Shown piece by piece: positions 51,885 to 62,659 of a DNA stretch of 64,000 nucleotides. The notes beneath the pieces are model-generated. The model saw nothing but the letters and a program-made list of their open reading frames with translations, did no database searches and had not been told where the DNA came from. The stretch's first letter is position 1. Each line of letters begins with the position of its first letter. Source of the DNA: an uncultured Gemmatimonadaceae bacterium (lineage in GTDB: Bacteria; Gemmatimonadota; Gemmatimonadetes; Gemmatimonadales; Gemmatimonadaceae). The translations under genes were made by a program, and so were the position numbers. The stretch is taken from NCBI GenBank assembly GCA_963843845.1, contig CAWJMB010000002.1, positions 224,001 through 288,000 on the forward strand, given 5' to 3'.

Positions 51885-52811
51885 ATGCGCGACGTACTGC
51901 GACTTTCTGGCGTGATCGGGGCGGCCGGCGCCTTCTCGCTCGCTGCCTGCGCGAGCTCTCCGCGTGCCGCCGACGAGCACGGCGACCACGCGACGTCCGC
52001 CTCGCCGAACGCATCGGGCTCGTCGGCGCAGGTGTCGTCGCAGCGCGCAGCGCTCCCCGCCGACGCCGGCGCCGCCGCCGCGCGGCTCGCCGCGTCGACG
52101 CGCCACGGCGAGTGGGTCATGATCAGGAGCGGGAGCCGCGACTCGGTGCGCGCCTGGGTCGTGTATCCGGAGCGCAAGACGAAGGCACCGGTCGTCGTCG
52201 TCATCCACGAGATCTTCGGGATGCAGGACTGGGTGCGCGCCGTCGCCGACCAGCTCGCGGCCGACGGCTTCATCGCGATCGCCCCCGACCTGCTGACCGG
52301 CAAGGAGACCGAGAGCGGCTGGAACGGCACATCGGCGGCGCAGGACAAGGCGCGCGCCGTCATCGGGCAGCTCGACCCGGCCGTCACGCAGCAGCGGATC
52401 ACGGCGGTCGCGAACTACGGCATGGCGCTCCCCGCGGCGACGAAGAAGTACGGCGTCGTCGGCTACTGCTGGGGGGGCTCGACGTCGTTCGCGCACGCCG
52501 TCGCCGCGCCGGACGCAGACGCCGCGGTCGTCTATTACGGCTCCGCGCCGACGCCGTACACGCAGCTCGCGTCGATCAGGGCGCCGGTCCTCGGCCTCTA
52601 CGGCGGCAACGACGCGCGCATCGGCGCGACGATCCCGGCAACCGATTCGACGATGAAAGCGTTGGGCAAGTCATACACGCCGATCACGTTCGCCGGCGCC
52701 GGCCACGGCTTCCTTCGTCAGCAGAGCGACTCGAGCGGCGCGAACATGGCCGCGACGCGCGACGCCTGGCCGCGCACGATCGCGTTCTTCCGTCAGCACC
52801 TCGGGAACTGA
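51885..52811 (+). CDS. Dienelactone hydrolase family lipoprotein
   Basis: IHEIFG, GYCWGG, AGHGF. Confidence 0.9.
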   Translation: MRDVLRLSGVIGAAGAFSLAACASSPRAADEHGDHATSASPNASGSSAQVSSQRAALPADAGAAAARLAASTRHGEWVMIRSGSRDSVRAWVVYPERKTKAPVVVVIHEIFGMQDWVRAVADQLAADGFIAIAPDLLTGKETESGWNGTSAAQDKARAVIGQLDPAVTQQRITAVANYGMALPAATKKYGVVGYCWGGSTSFAHAVAAPDADAAVVYYGSAPTPYTQLASIRAPVLGLYGGNDARIGATIPATDSTMKALGKSYTPITFAGAGHGFLRQQSDSSGANMAATRDAWPRTIAFFRQHLGN

Positions 52812-52829
52812 TTTTCTCGACCGTCGTAG

Positions 52830-53414
52830 ATGTCCGCTCTCTTCGTCGCCGCGTTCGCCGTCGGGCTCGTGCTCGCCGTCCATGTCATGCTCCACGGCGT
52901 CGAGCGCCGCGGCGCGCCGAGCCAGCGCGTGCCGCACGAGGCGACGGGGGCGTATGACCCGGCCACCGAGCCGTCGGCCACGCTGAATGCGCAGAACGCC
53001 GCGGCGTTCGTCACCGCGTTCGGCGCCTGCGGCTATCTGCTGATGCGTCTCACCGCGTTCGGTCCCGGTGCGGTCGTCGCGATCGCCGCCGTCACGGGCG
53101 TCGCGGTCGCCGTCGGCTCGGCGTCGCTGCTCGCGGCGTGGGTCATTCCCGGCGCGCGCAACGAGCCGGTCGACGAACGCTATCTGTTGCAGGGGCACCC
53201 GGCGCGCGTCACGCGACCGATCGGACCTGGCGGCGGATCGGTCGGCGACGCGGTCGGCGAGATCGTCTACGTCGCCGACGGCCGCCAGTACACCGTGGCC
53301 GCGCGCAGTTGGGACGGTGCCCCGATCGACGACGGCGCCGACGTCGCGATCGAGCGCGTGGAGGGAGGCGTCGCGTACGTCGAGCGGTGGGCGCAGGTCG
53401 AGGCGCGACTGTAG
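52830..53414 (+). CDS. NfeD/YqiJ-like membrane protein
   Basis: Three TM segments plus C-terminal OB-fold-like G..A.V...I....GEI...V.IERVEGGVAYV. Confidence 0.7.
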   Translation: MSALFVAAFAVGLVLAVHVMLHGVERRGAPSQRVPHEATGAYDPATEPSATLNAQNAAAFVTAFGACGYLLMRLTAFGPGAVVAIAAVTGVAVAVGSASLLAAWVIPGARNEPVDERYLLQGHPARVTRPIGPGGGSVGDAVGEIVYVADGRQYTVAARSWDGAPIDDGADVAIERVEGGVAYVERWAQVEARL

Positions 53415-53475
53415 GACTGTAGCATCGTCAGGGAGCCGTCAGGCGGGGCAGCGGGCAGTCGGGGAGGAGGACATC

Positions 53476-53754
53476 ATGTCGGACGCGACGATCTTCGTGC
53501 TGGTCTTCGGAGGACTCTTCGTTCTCCGCATCGTGCTCGCGACCGTCTTCTTCCTCTGCATCCTCCCCGACGGCGACCGCTGCATCAACTGCGACGCGCC
53601 GACGCTGCGCGTGCAGCACACGTTCTGGCACCGCTGGGTGCCGTGGTTCCGGCCGAGCTGGTGCTTTCAGTGCGGATGGCACGGGCTGCTGCGCAGCGGG
53701 CCGATCACCGAGGTCGACACGACCGTTCGGCGGCGCGAGAAACAGAGAAGGTGA
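53476..53754 (+). CDS. Small membrane protein with zinc-ribbon motif
   Basis: GGAGGAGG RBS; TM helix; CINC...CFQC. Confidence 0.65.
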   Translation: MSDATIFVLVFGGLFVLRIVLATVFFLCILPDGDRCINCDAPTLRVQHTFWHRWVPWFRPSWCFQCGWHGLLRSGPITEVDTTVRRREKQRR

Positions 53755-53784
53755 ACCGGCCGGGACCCGAGTCCCGGCCATTCC

Positions 53785-56700
53785 TCACGGCACGATCGCC
53801 GGCTTCGGCTCCGTCGCCACCGAGTCCGCCGCCGACCGCAGCCGCAGGTGCTCTGCCATCTGCAGCCGCGGAATGCCGCTCTTCATCCAGTCCGGCGCCG
53901 GCGCGCCCTTCAGGTACGCGTCGAACCACTCGCGCATCCGCCCCGCGTAGTCCTTCTGGTTGATCGGCCGCGCGAGCCCGTGGTTCTCGCCGACGTACTC
54001 GAGCAGGATCACGTCCTTGCCGAGCTGCCGCAGCGTGTTGTAGTACGTGATCCCCTGGTTGAAGTCGACCGCGCCGTCCTTGTCGTTGTGCAGGATGATG
54101 AGCGGCGTCTTCACCTTCTCCGCGTGGAAGACCGGCGAGTTGCGGACGTACGCCTCGGTGTTCTCGGCGACGTTGCCCTTGAACCGCCCCTGGCTCGATT
54201 CGAAGATCGCCTGGTTCGCCCCGCCCGTGTTCCAGTAGATCGAGCTGTACATGCTCACCATGTCGGTGAGCGGCGCGCCGGCGATCGCGCTCTTGAAGAT
54301 GTTCGTCTGCGTGACGAGGAACGCCGTCTGGTAGCCGCCCCACGAGTGGCCCCACAGTCCGACGTTCGCCGAGTCGACGACGCCGGTGGCGATCGCCGCC
54401 TTCACCGCCGGAACGACGCACCACACCGCCGACATGCCGGGGTCGTTGACCTTGTAGACGATGTCCGGGTCGAGCACCGCGTAGCCGCGGCTCGTGTACA
54501 GGCTGCGGTTCGGCGTGCTCGTCTCGTTCGGCGTCACGAACGTGTTCGCGAGCTGCGAGCGCTTCTCGTAGATCGTGACGAGCATCGGATACTTCTTGCC
54601 GGGCTCGTAGTTCGCTGGCAGGTACAGCGCGCCCTGCAGCGAGTCGCCCTTCTCGGTCACGTAGTCGACGAGCCGCACGCCCCGGCGACCACGCGAACGA
54701 CGCGAGCTCCGGGTTCGCCATCGTCAGCCGCCGCGGCGCCGCGAAGTCGGCGCGTGCCGTCCAGTAGTCGGGCGCCTCGGTCGACGACTGCCGCGTGTAG
54801 ACGAACACGTCGGCGCTTCGCGCCCGCTGCACGGCGAACGACGCGTCGTCCCACAGCAGCGCCGTCGCGCCCCCGCGCCCGCTCGCCGCGACGCGCGCGA
54901 GCCCGCCCTTCTTCGTCCACTCGCCGTAGGTCGCGAAGTAGAGCGGCTTCTTCAGGTCGATCCCCTGCGTCGCCGCGCTCGCCGCACGCCGCGCCCCCGA
55001 CGGCACGTCGAAGGTGTACAGGCGCTGATAGCGAATCCGCTTCGCCCGACCGTCGCCGGTGACGTTCGTCGCCGCGCCCCCTTTCACCGGCACGAGCCAC
55101 GCGTCCCACCCGTCCGACAGCAGCACCGCGCTCCCGTCCCGACTCCACCCGAACGCGGTCTCGGCGGGCGGATACAGGTTGTTGTGGTCGTCTTCGGTGT
55201 CCGCGAACGTCGTCGCGACGCCCTGCGTGATGTTGCGATTGGCGCCGGTCGCGGCGTCGAGCACGTGCCAGTGGCCGTCGGCTCCCCAGTACAGGGCCTG
55301 CGTGCCGTCCGGCGACGGCAGCATGAGCGACGACGCCTGCTTCTTGATCGCCGCCGTGCGCGCGCCCGTCTTCAGGTCGACGACGTAGACGTCCGAGTAG
55401 TTGCGGCCGCTGTAGCTCCCCGCCTGCTGATAGTCCCGAATGTCGGTGCCCAACGCGTACCGTTCGCGCGGCAGGATCGTCACGGCGCGCAGCGCGTCGT
55501 CGGCCAGCCGGATGAACGTGTTCTCGGCCGGCCGGTATTCGGCGAGGTAGCTGTAGGCGCGGTCCTGCTGCTCCTGGACGATCTGCATCGACTGCAGGCG
55601 CGGGTCCTTCCAGTGCCACAGAATGAGCGACGGCGCCGAGTCGTCTTCGGCGACGCGCGGCTGATTGACGGTGCCCCCCATGCCGGGGGCGCCCGCCTGA
55701 ATCAGCGACGACGCGCGACGCGGCGTTGCCTCACGGATGCCGAAGAACACGGCCGAGAGGTCGCTCGCGAGACGCGGCGCGCGGTCGCCGGCGATGCGCA
55801 TGCCGGCCGGGAAGTCGGCGCGGCCCTTCGGGTCGAACACCATCTTCCTGGTCGCCGGCGTGCCGATCGCGGTGATCGACACGACGCTGAACGCCGTGTC
55901 GCGCGCCGTCGAATCCACGCGGCCGCGCAGCACGGCGAGCGCCGGCAGGCTGTCCGACCAGGCGAGCCGGCGGTACAGGGCCCGCTCGCTGTCGAGTGCG
56001 CGCACGACGCCGCTCGTCATGTCGCGCAGCTGCACGCCGTTCCCGAGCTGGTCGCGCGCGTCGATCGTGTACGCGAGCCATCGTCCGCCGTCGTCGAACT
56101 CCCACTCCGCGACGTTGCCGACGTTGACGGTCTCCGCGCCGCCGAGCGATCCGTTCGGCGGCGAGCCGCCGGCGCCCAACGCGACGAGGAGCAGGTCCGT
56201 CCCGTCGACGCGCGCGGGCGGCGGGGCGCCGCCCGCGCTCTGTGCCCCGCCGGGCGCCGCGTCCGCCGGCGCGCTCTGCAGCGCGAGCCACGTCGCGTTG
56301 TCGCCGTTGAAGGCGAAGCGGCGGATGCGGTCGAACTCGCGCCGCTCGCCTGTCGCGGTGTTCACGAGCACCGCCTTCGTCGTCGTCGGGCGACGGGCCG
56401 CGCGCGCGCGGCGCGCCTCCGCCTGCGTCGGGTAGACCATGAACGCGAGCCACCGCCCGTCGCCCGAGAGCGCGAGCTGCGTCTGCGCGGCGCCGGGGAC
56501 CGCGGCGATCCCCTGTCCGCCACCCCCTCCGGCCGGCGGCGCGCTCCCGATCGGGAAGCGCGTCTCCTTCAGCGTGTCGACCGTCGAGCGGAGCACGACC
56601 GACGCGTCGCCGTCGTTCGGCGCGAGCACGTACGCGAACCACCGCCCGTCATTCGACAGCGCGGTCGAGCGGATCGTGCGCCACGCCTTGAGGTCGGCCG

Positions 56701-56815
56701 TCGTCATCTGACGGCCGCCGGTGCGCGCGCGCGGTTGTGCGGCGAGAGCGGTGGTGAAGGCGGCGCCGAGCAGGAGTGCGGCGCCGAGCTGGGTCAGACG
56801 GTGCGGTGTGCGCAT
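53785..56815 (-). CDS. S9 prolyl oligopeptidase family (frameshift near 54680)
   Basis: Beta-propeller N-terminus; GHSWGG, D.DGAV, ENHG catalytic motifs. Confidence 0.9.
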
Positions 56816-56841
56816 GTGCGACGAGGAGGGGGACGAAGGAG

Positions 56842-57126
56842 CTAGCTGCCTAACGCGAGCAGCCGCAGCCACGTTGGCCAGTTGCCGCTCAGCTCGAAGA
56901 AGTCGTCGAAGTACACGAGGCCGATCGCTTCCAGCTCGGCCAGCAGTTCGTCGAGCGCGGTCTCGCCGACGAGCGGCCCGATCACGACGAGCGGTCCGTC
57001 GACGCGGAACTCGTCGGCCGTGAGGTTCAGGCGCGCGTCGAGCTGCGCGCGCGAGAGGCCGACACGCTCGAACGCGTCGCGCCGGATGATCAACGTCGGA
57101 TTCCCTGCGGCAATGTCGAGCGGCAT
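56842..57126 (-). CDS. Conserved hypothetical protein
   Basis: GAGG RBS; GLVYFDDFFELSGNWP.WL. Confidence 0.7.
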   Translation of the reverse strand: MPLDIAAGNPTLIIRRDAFERVGLSRAQLDARLNLTADEFRVDGPLVVIGPLVGETALDELLAELEAIGLVYFDDFFELSGNWPTWLRLLALGS

Positions 57127-57181
57127 GCGCACTTCCTCGGGTCACTCGGAATGAGGGATCGGAAAGGTGTAACTTCTGTCA

Positions 57182-59098
57182 ATGTCTACGCTGGAAGCTG
57201 AATTCGACGTCCTCGTCGTCGGCGGCGGACACGCCGGCACCGAAGCCGCCGTCGCCGCCGCCCGACTCGGCGCCACCGTCGCGCTGGTGACGAGCGCGCT
57301 CGAAACGATCGGCCAGATGTCGTGCAACCCGGCGATCGGCGGCGTCGCGAAGGGGACCGTCGTGCGCGAGGTCGACGCGCTGGGGGGCATCATGGGGCGT
57401 GCGACCGACGCGGCGACGCTGCAGTTCCGCATGCTGAATCGCGGCAAGGGGCCCGCCGTCTGGGCACCGCGCGCGCAGTGCGACCGCGGACTGTACCGCC
57501 GCGCCGTGCGGACAGAGCTGGAGCGACATCCGACGCTGCTCACGATCCAGGGCACCGTCGCCCGCCTGCTGCTCGCCGACGACGGGCGCCGCGCGGTCGG
57601 CATCGAGACGCTCGAGGGACGGCGCTTCGGCGCTCGCGCCGTCGTCATCACGACCGGCACCTTCCTCCGCGGCCGCATCCACATCGGCACGACGACGCAG
57701 ATCGGCGGCGGCCGCGCCGGCGAAGCCCCGACGACCCACCTCGCCGAGCAACTCGAGTCCGTCGGCCTCACCGTCGGCCGCTTCAAGACCGGCACCCCGC
57801 CGCGCATCGACGGCCGCAGCGTCGACGTCGCCCGCCTGGAGCGACAGGATACTGAGCTGGCGCAGTTCGGGTATCGGTGGTCGCACTTCGATGGCCGATC
57901 CCCGATCCCCGACAGTCTGCCCCAGCTCCCCTGCTGGATCACGTACCTCGAGGACTCGGGCAAGCAGATCATCGCCGACCACATCGGGGAGTCGGCGATG
58001 TACGGTGGCGCGATCGCGTCGCGCGGCCCGCGATACTGCCCGTCGGTCGAGGACAAGATCGTGAAGTTCCCGGACGCGGTCCGGCACCAGCTCTTTCTCG
58101 AGCCCGAGGGGCTGGAGACGCACGAGCTGTACGTGAACGGCCTGTCGACGTCGCTTCCGGCGCCTGTGCAGCTTCGCATGTTGCAGAGCGTTCGAGGGCT
58201 CGAGCAGGTGCGGATGACGCGCGCCGGCTACGCCATCGAGTACGACTACTACCCGCCGACGCAGCTCGACCTGACGCTCCAGGTGCGCGCGCTGCCTGGC
58301 CTGTATTTCGCCGGGCAGATCAACGGCACGACCGGCTACGAGGAGGCGGCAGGGCAGGGCGTGCTCGCCGGCCTGAACGCTGCCCTCGCCGCGCTCGACC
58401 GCCCGCCGCTCATCCTCGGTCGCGAGACGTCGTACCTCGGCGTGCTGGTGGACGACATCGTGTCGCGCGGCGTCGACGAGCCGTACCGACTGTTCACGTC
58501 GCGCTCGGAGTTCCGGCTGACCGTTCGCCAGGACAACGCGCTCCGTCGCCTGAGCTCGGTCGCGGAGGATTTGGGGCTGTATCACGACGCAGAGCGATCA
58601 CAGGTGCGTCATCGACTGGACAAAGAGCAGGCAGTGATGCGCCAGTCAGAGGACATCACAGTCTATCCGGCTCAGGTCGACGACATCGTGGTCCGCGGTG
58701 GAACCTCGCCGCTGACCCAACCCGTCCGCATCGCCGAACTCGTTCGGCGCCAGGGAGTCGGGTTGCGCGACGTGTTCACGGCCGCGGGGATTCCGTTCGA
58801 CGATGACGAATCGCTCGTGACTGCCGAGCTCGAGCTCAAGTACGCCGGGTACTACGTCCGCGAACGGCAGGCGGCGGACCGGCTGCGTCGAATGGGGGGC
58901 TTCGCGCTCGCGCCCGAGCTTCCATACGACGCCATGCGCTCGCTCACGATCGAGGCGCGCCAGAAGCTCGCCGCGCAGCGCCCGATGACGCTCGCGCAGG
59001 CCGGTCGCATTCCTGGCGTGACCCCGTCGGATCTGCAGAACCTCGTCGTCGAGGTCGAGCGTTGGCGTCGCGGGCGGCAGTCGGCGATCGTCGCGTAG
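57182..59098 (+). CDS. mnmG: tRNA uridine-5-carboxymethylaminomethyl modification enzyme
   Basis: GGGHAG.EAA, MSCNPAIGG, KTGTPPR, GPRYCPSVEDK, AGQINGTTGYEEAA. Confidence 0.98.
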   Translation: MSTLEAEFDVLVVGGGHAGTEAAVAAARLGATVALVTSALETIGQMSCNPAIGGVAKGTVVREVDALGGIMGRATDAATLQFRMLNRGKGPAVWAPRAQCDRGLYRRAVRTELERHPTLLTIQGTVARLLLADDGRRAVGIETLEGRRFGARAVVITTGTFLRGRIHIGTTTQIGGGRAGEAPTTHLAEQLESVGLTVGRFKTGTPPRIDGRSVDVARLERQDTELAQFGYRWSHFDGRSPIPDSLPQLPCWITYLEDSGKQIIADHIGESAMYGGAIASRGPRYCPSVEDKIVKFPDAVRHQLFLEPEGLETHELYVNGLSTSLPAPVQLRMLQSVRGLEQVRMTRAGYAIEYDYYPPTQLDLTLQVRALPGLYFAGQINGTTGYEEAAGQGVLAGLNAALAALDRPPLILGRETSYLGVLVDDIVSRGVDEPYRLFTSRSEFRLTVRQDNALRRLSSVAEDLGLYHDAERSQVRHRLDKEQAVMRQSEDITVYPAQVDDIVVRGGTSPLTQPVRIAELVRRQGVGLRDVFTAAGIPFDDDESLVTAELELKYAGYYVRERQAADRLRRMGGFALAPELPYDAMRSLTIEARQKLAAQRPMTLAQAGRIPGVTPSDLQNLVVEVERWRRGRQSAIVA

Positions 59099-59250
59099 CG
59101 ATCGTCGTCGTCGCTCGCGTCGCTGGAAGGGCCAGGGTCTGCTTCTGGATGGGCCGAGTTGTGCAAGGTCGGGAGTGGCCGACGTCAGAGGAGAGGAGGC
59201 GGCATCGTCGCGCGCCTTCGTGCCCCACACCTCCATCCGGAACGACTCTC

Positions 59251-59982
59251 ATGCGTCTACTCTCGTCAGTCCTCGCCCTCGCGCTCGTTGCGCCCGCCCT
59301 TCGCGCGCAGATCGCTGTCCCGGCGCAGACACTCATCAATCCGCCGGCGATCGCGGTCAGTGCTACCGGCGAGGCGGAGGTCCGGCCTGATCGGGCACGT
59401 GTCTCGATCGGTGTCCAGACCCAGGCCCCGACCGCCGCCGAGGCGGCGAGTCGGAATGCGACGTTACAGCAGGCGGTCATCAACGCGGTGAAGGCCACCG
59501 GCATCGCCGCAGAGCGGATCACGACCTCGGGCTACAACGTCTACCCGGAGCAGGTCTACGACAACACCACGCGTCGGTCGCGGATCACCGGCTACAACGT
59601 GCAGAACACCGTGATGGTCGACGTGTGGCAGGTCGAGAAGGTCGGTGCCGTGCTCGACGCGGCCCTGTCGAAGGGTGCGAACCTCGTGTCGTCGTTCTCC
59701 CTCTACTCGTCCGAGGAAGAGTCTGCGCGCCGGCGGGCGCTCTCGAATGCCGTGAGCCGTGCCCGTGCGGACGCCGAGGCGATGGCACAGGCGGCGGGCG
59801 GGTCGCTCGGCGAGCTGCTCGAGCTGTCGTCGGCGTTCACGGAAGTGCCCCGCCCCATGCGCATGTACGACATGGCGGCGGCGAAGGTCGCATCGGCTGA
59901 GGCGACGCCGGTCAGCGAGGGTACACAGACTGTCTCCGCGCAGGTCTCGGCGCGCTGGCGCTACGTGCCGTCAGGACGGTAG
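59251..59982 (+). CDS. SIMPL (DUF541) domain protein
   Basis: Signal peptide; G.AEV.PD.A, A..RARADAE.MA. Confidence 0.9.
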   Translation: MRLLSSVLALALVAPALRAQIAVPAQTLINPPAIAVSATGEAEVRPDRARVSIGVQTQAPTAAEAASRNATLQQAVINAVKATGIAAERITTSGYNVYPEQVYDNTTRRSRITGYNVQNTVMVDVWQVEKVGAVLDAALSKGANLVSSFSLYSSEEESARRRALSNAVSRARADAEAMAQAAGGSLGELLELSSAFTEVPRPMRMYDMAAAKVASAEATPVSEGTQTVSAQVSARWRYVPSGR

Positions 59983-60065
59983 CCGGCCGAACGCTCCCGG
60001 TCGGCACCGGGGTGGCGCAGTCGAGCGGGCGGGGGCACGAGCCTCCGCCCGCTCTCGTCGTGGTA

Positions 60066-60081
60066 GGTTTCACGTGAAACG
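60066..60081. promoter_or_regulatory. parS site
   Basis: GGTTTCACGTGAAACG, matching the TGTTTCACGTGAAACA consensus. Confidence 0.92.
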
Positions 60082-60112
60082 ACACGCAGGAGCGTCGATT
60101 GGTGTGCGATAC

Positions 60113-60128
60113 GATTCCACGTGAAACG
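60113..60128. promoter_or_regulatory. parS site (variant)
   Basis: GATTCCACGTGAAACG, 47 bp from the first site, upstream of parA. Confidence 0.75.
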
Positions 60129-60266
60129 CTTTGATACGCGTCCCTTCCGGACCGGGCTATCTTTGCGTGTCCGCTCGTGGCGCCACGAGCGACATCTCGC
60201 ATCCCGGAACATCGTCGTGACCGCCGCCCACCAGCACGCGCGCTGCCCGCACGCAGGACGACTCGC

Positions 60267-61121
60267 GTGACGCGCGTCCTCGCCGTCGCGAATCAGAAAG
60301 GAGGCGTCGGCAAGACGACGTCGGCCGTGAACCTGGCTGCGAGCCTCGCGGTGGCCGAGCAGCGCACGCTGTTGATCGACAGCGACCCGCAGGGGAACGC
60401 GACGAGCGGCATCGGGATCGCGCGCGACGCCGTCGGCGTGACGCTGTACGACGTGCTGATCGGCGAGACGACACTCGCCGAAGCCACACACCGCGGCGTG
60501 CAGTTCCGGCACCTCGACGTCGTGCCGGCGACGCCCGATCTCGCGGGCGCCGAGGTAGAGCTCATCGATCGCGAGCGGCGCGTGGAGGCGATGCGAGAAG
60601 CGATCGCGACGGTGCGCGACCAGTACGACTACATCCTCATCGACTGTCCGCCGTCGCTCGGACTGATCACGGTGAACATGCTCGCCGCCGCCGATGCCCT
60701 GCTCATTCCACTCCAGTGTGAGTACTACGCCCTCGAGGGGCTGTCGCAGCTGCTGAACACCGTGCACCTCGTGCAGCAGGGCGTGAACCCGACGCTCTCG
60801 ATCGCCGGCGTGCTGCTGACGATGTACGACGCCCGGCTCAACCTGTCGCGCCAGGTCGCGACCGACGCCCGCGAGTACTTCGGCGCCAAAGTGTTCACCA
60901 CGATCGTTCCGCGGAACGTGCGCCTTGCCGAAGCGCCGAGTTTCGGGAAGCCGATCATCCTGTACGACGTGACGTCGGTCGGCGCCCAGGCATACATGAA
61001 CGTCGCCCGGGAGCTGCTCGAGCGCTCCGCGAGCGAAGGACGGCCGACCGTGACTCCAGGAGCGATCCCCGGAGCGCACGAGACCTCGCAGGTGACTGCG
61101 GCGACGGTCACCCCCGCGTGA
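60267..61121 (+). CDS. parA: Chromosome partitioning ATPase ParA/Soj
   Basis: NQKGGVGKTT, DPQGN, IDCPP, QCEYYALEG, RNVRLAEAPS. Confidence 0.96.
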   Translation: MTRVLAVANQKGGVGKTTSAVNLAASLAVAEQRTLLIDSDPQGNATSGIGIARDAVGVTLYDVLIGETTLAEATHRGVQFRHLDVVPATPDLAGAEVELIDRERRVEAMREAIATVRDQYDYILIDCPPSLGLITVNMLAAADALLIPLQCEYYALEGLSQLLNTVHLVQQGVNPTLSIAGVLLTMYDARLNLSRQVATDAREYFGAKVFTTIVPRNVRLAEAPSFGKPIILYDVTSVGAQAYMNVARELLERSASEGRPTVTPGAIPGAHETSQVTAATVTPA

Positions 61122-61627
61122 GCGAGCCTCGACACACAGCTCCGGACGCACCCACGGAGCGGTCGAACGATCGGGCAGCGCCGCGCACGCACGCGACACA
61201 GACGGCGCTCGTCACCCGCCGAGGCGTATTGCCGACGATTGCCGTCGGCGCGATCATCGGCGCGGTCGTCGGCGTCGCGATTGACCGACGCGCCACGACG
61301 GCCGACCCGACCTTCGCCGGCGCGATCGGCGCCGGAATCGGTGCAGTGCTGGGCCGATCGGCATGGATCCGGATCGGGGTCGCGCGGCGCTACGGCATCC
61401 CTGCCGCGGCCATGCTCGGCGTCGTGTTCGGCCGGATACTCGGCTGCGTCCTGCTCGGCTACGGCATCATCCGGACATCACCACAGCGGTTCGCCTTCAT
61501 CGGAGTCGGCGCCATACTGCTCATCGCGACCGCGATCGTCGAACAACGCTGGCTCCGGCGACGGACCGCCGAGGGCGGCGCCATGAGCACGGCCGGTGAC
61601 ACCGCGCGCCCGCGCGAACGCACCTAG
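61118..61627 (+). CDS. Hypothetical membrane protein between parA and parB
   Basis: GTGA overlap with parA; about four Gly-rich TM helices. Confidence 0.6.
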   Translation: MSEPRHTAPDAPTERSNDRAAPRTHATQTALVTRRGVLPTIAVGAIIGAVVGVAIDRRATTADPTFAGAIGAGIGAVLGRSAWIRIGVARRYGIPAAAMLGVVFGRILGCVLLGYGIIRTSPQRFAFIGVGAILLIATAIVEQRWLRRRTAEGGAMSTAGDTARPRERT

Positions 61628-61648
61628 CGCCATCCCGACCGCTTCACC

Positions 61649-62557
61649 ATGCCCCCTGACAAACCCCGCCGCCTCGGCCGAGGGCTCGAAGCGCTGCTGG
61701 CAACGAGAGCACCCACGGGCGAGAGCGCGGCGACGACCGAGACGAGCGCGCTGCGACAGATCGCGGTCGGTCACATCCGCCCGAATCCGTACCAGCCGCG
61801 CCAGGAGTTCCGCGCGGAAGAGCTGGCCGACCTCGAAGCGAGCATCAAGGCGACCGGACTTCTGCAGCCGATCACGGTCCGCTCCGTTCCTGGTGGGACT
61901 GGATACGAGCTCATCGCCGGGGAGCGCCGCTATCGTGCCGCCACGCGACTCGGCTGGACCGAGATTCCGGCGATCGTCAGAGAGATCGACGACCAGACAC
62001 TGCTCACGCTCGCGCTCGTCGAGAACCTGCAGCGCGCCGATCTCAACGCCATCGAGGAGGCCGAAGGGTATCAGCGACTCGTCAGCGAGTTCGGATTGAC
62101 GCACCAGCAGGTCGCCGACGTCGTCGGGAAGGACCGGTCGACGGTCAACAACATGCTCCGGTTGCTCGCGCTCCCGGCCAGCGTTCGGCGGATGGTACAG
62201 GACGGTCAGCTCACACACGGCCACGCACGCGCCCTGCTCGGGCTCGGTGGCGAGCGCGCGATGACCGACCTCGCGCGCGAGGTCGTGGGTGGGGAGCTGT
62301 CGGTCCGCGAGGTGGAGCGACGAGTACGAAACTCTGCGGAACGGGTCGCCGGTCGGGAGCGTACACGGCGGAGCAAGGACGATTCGCCCTTCCGAACGGC
62401 GGAGGTGCGGCGGATCGAGGACGACTTACGGCGCCGCCTCCAGACGGACGTCACCATCGAGGTGACGGACACGCAGCGGGGGGAGATCCGCGTCGCATTC
62501 TACAGCGCGGACGATTTCGGTCGCGTCGTCGATGCACTCGGCGTCCGTACCGAGTGA
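61649..62557 (+). CDS. parB: Chromosome partitioning protein ParB
   Basis: LGRGLEAL, NPYQPR, AGERRYRA, ENLQR.DL, HTH. Confidence 0.96.
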   Translation: MPPDKPRRLGRGLEALLATRAPTGESAATTETSALRQIAVGHIRPNPYQPRQEFRAEELADLEASIKATGLLQPITVRSVPGGTGYELIAGERRYRAATRLGWTEIPAIVREIDDQTLLTLALVENLQRADLNAIEEAEGYQRLVSEFGLTHQQVADVVGKDRSTVNNMLRLLALPASVRRMVQDGQLTHGHARALLGLGGERAMTDLAREVVGGELSVREVERRVRNSAERVAGRERTRRSKDDSPFRTAEVRRIEDDLRRRLQTDVTIEVTDTQRGEIRVAFYSADDFGRVVDALGVRTE

Positions 62558-62573
62558 GGCGGTCGCCGGGAAG

Positions 62574-62659
62574 TTGTCAACATCGGTTAAGTTATTGTAG
62601 CACAACGACTTACAGTGATATGATCATGCTCGATCGAAGGTTGTCCACAGTTGTCCACA
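62574..62659. promoter_or_regulatory. AT-rich patch with DnaA-box-like 9-mers and a 25-bp palindrome
   Basis: TTGTCAACA 62574, TTGTCCACA 62641 and 62651; TAAGTTATTGTAGCACAACGACTTA 62588-62612. Confidence 0.55.
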
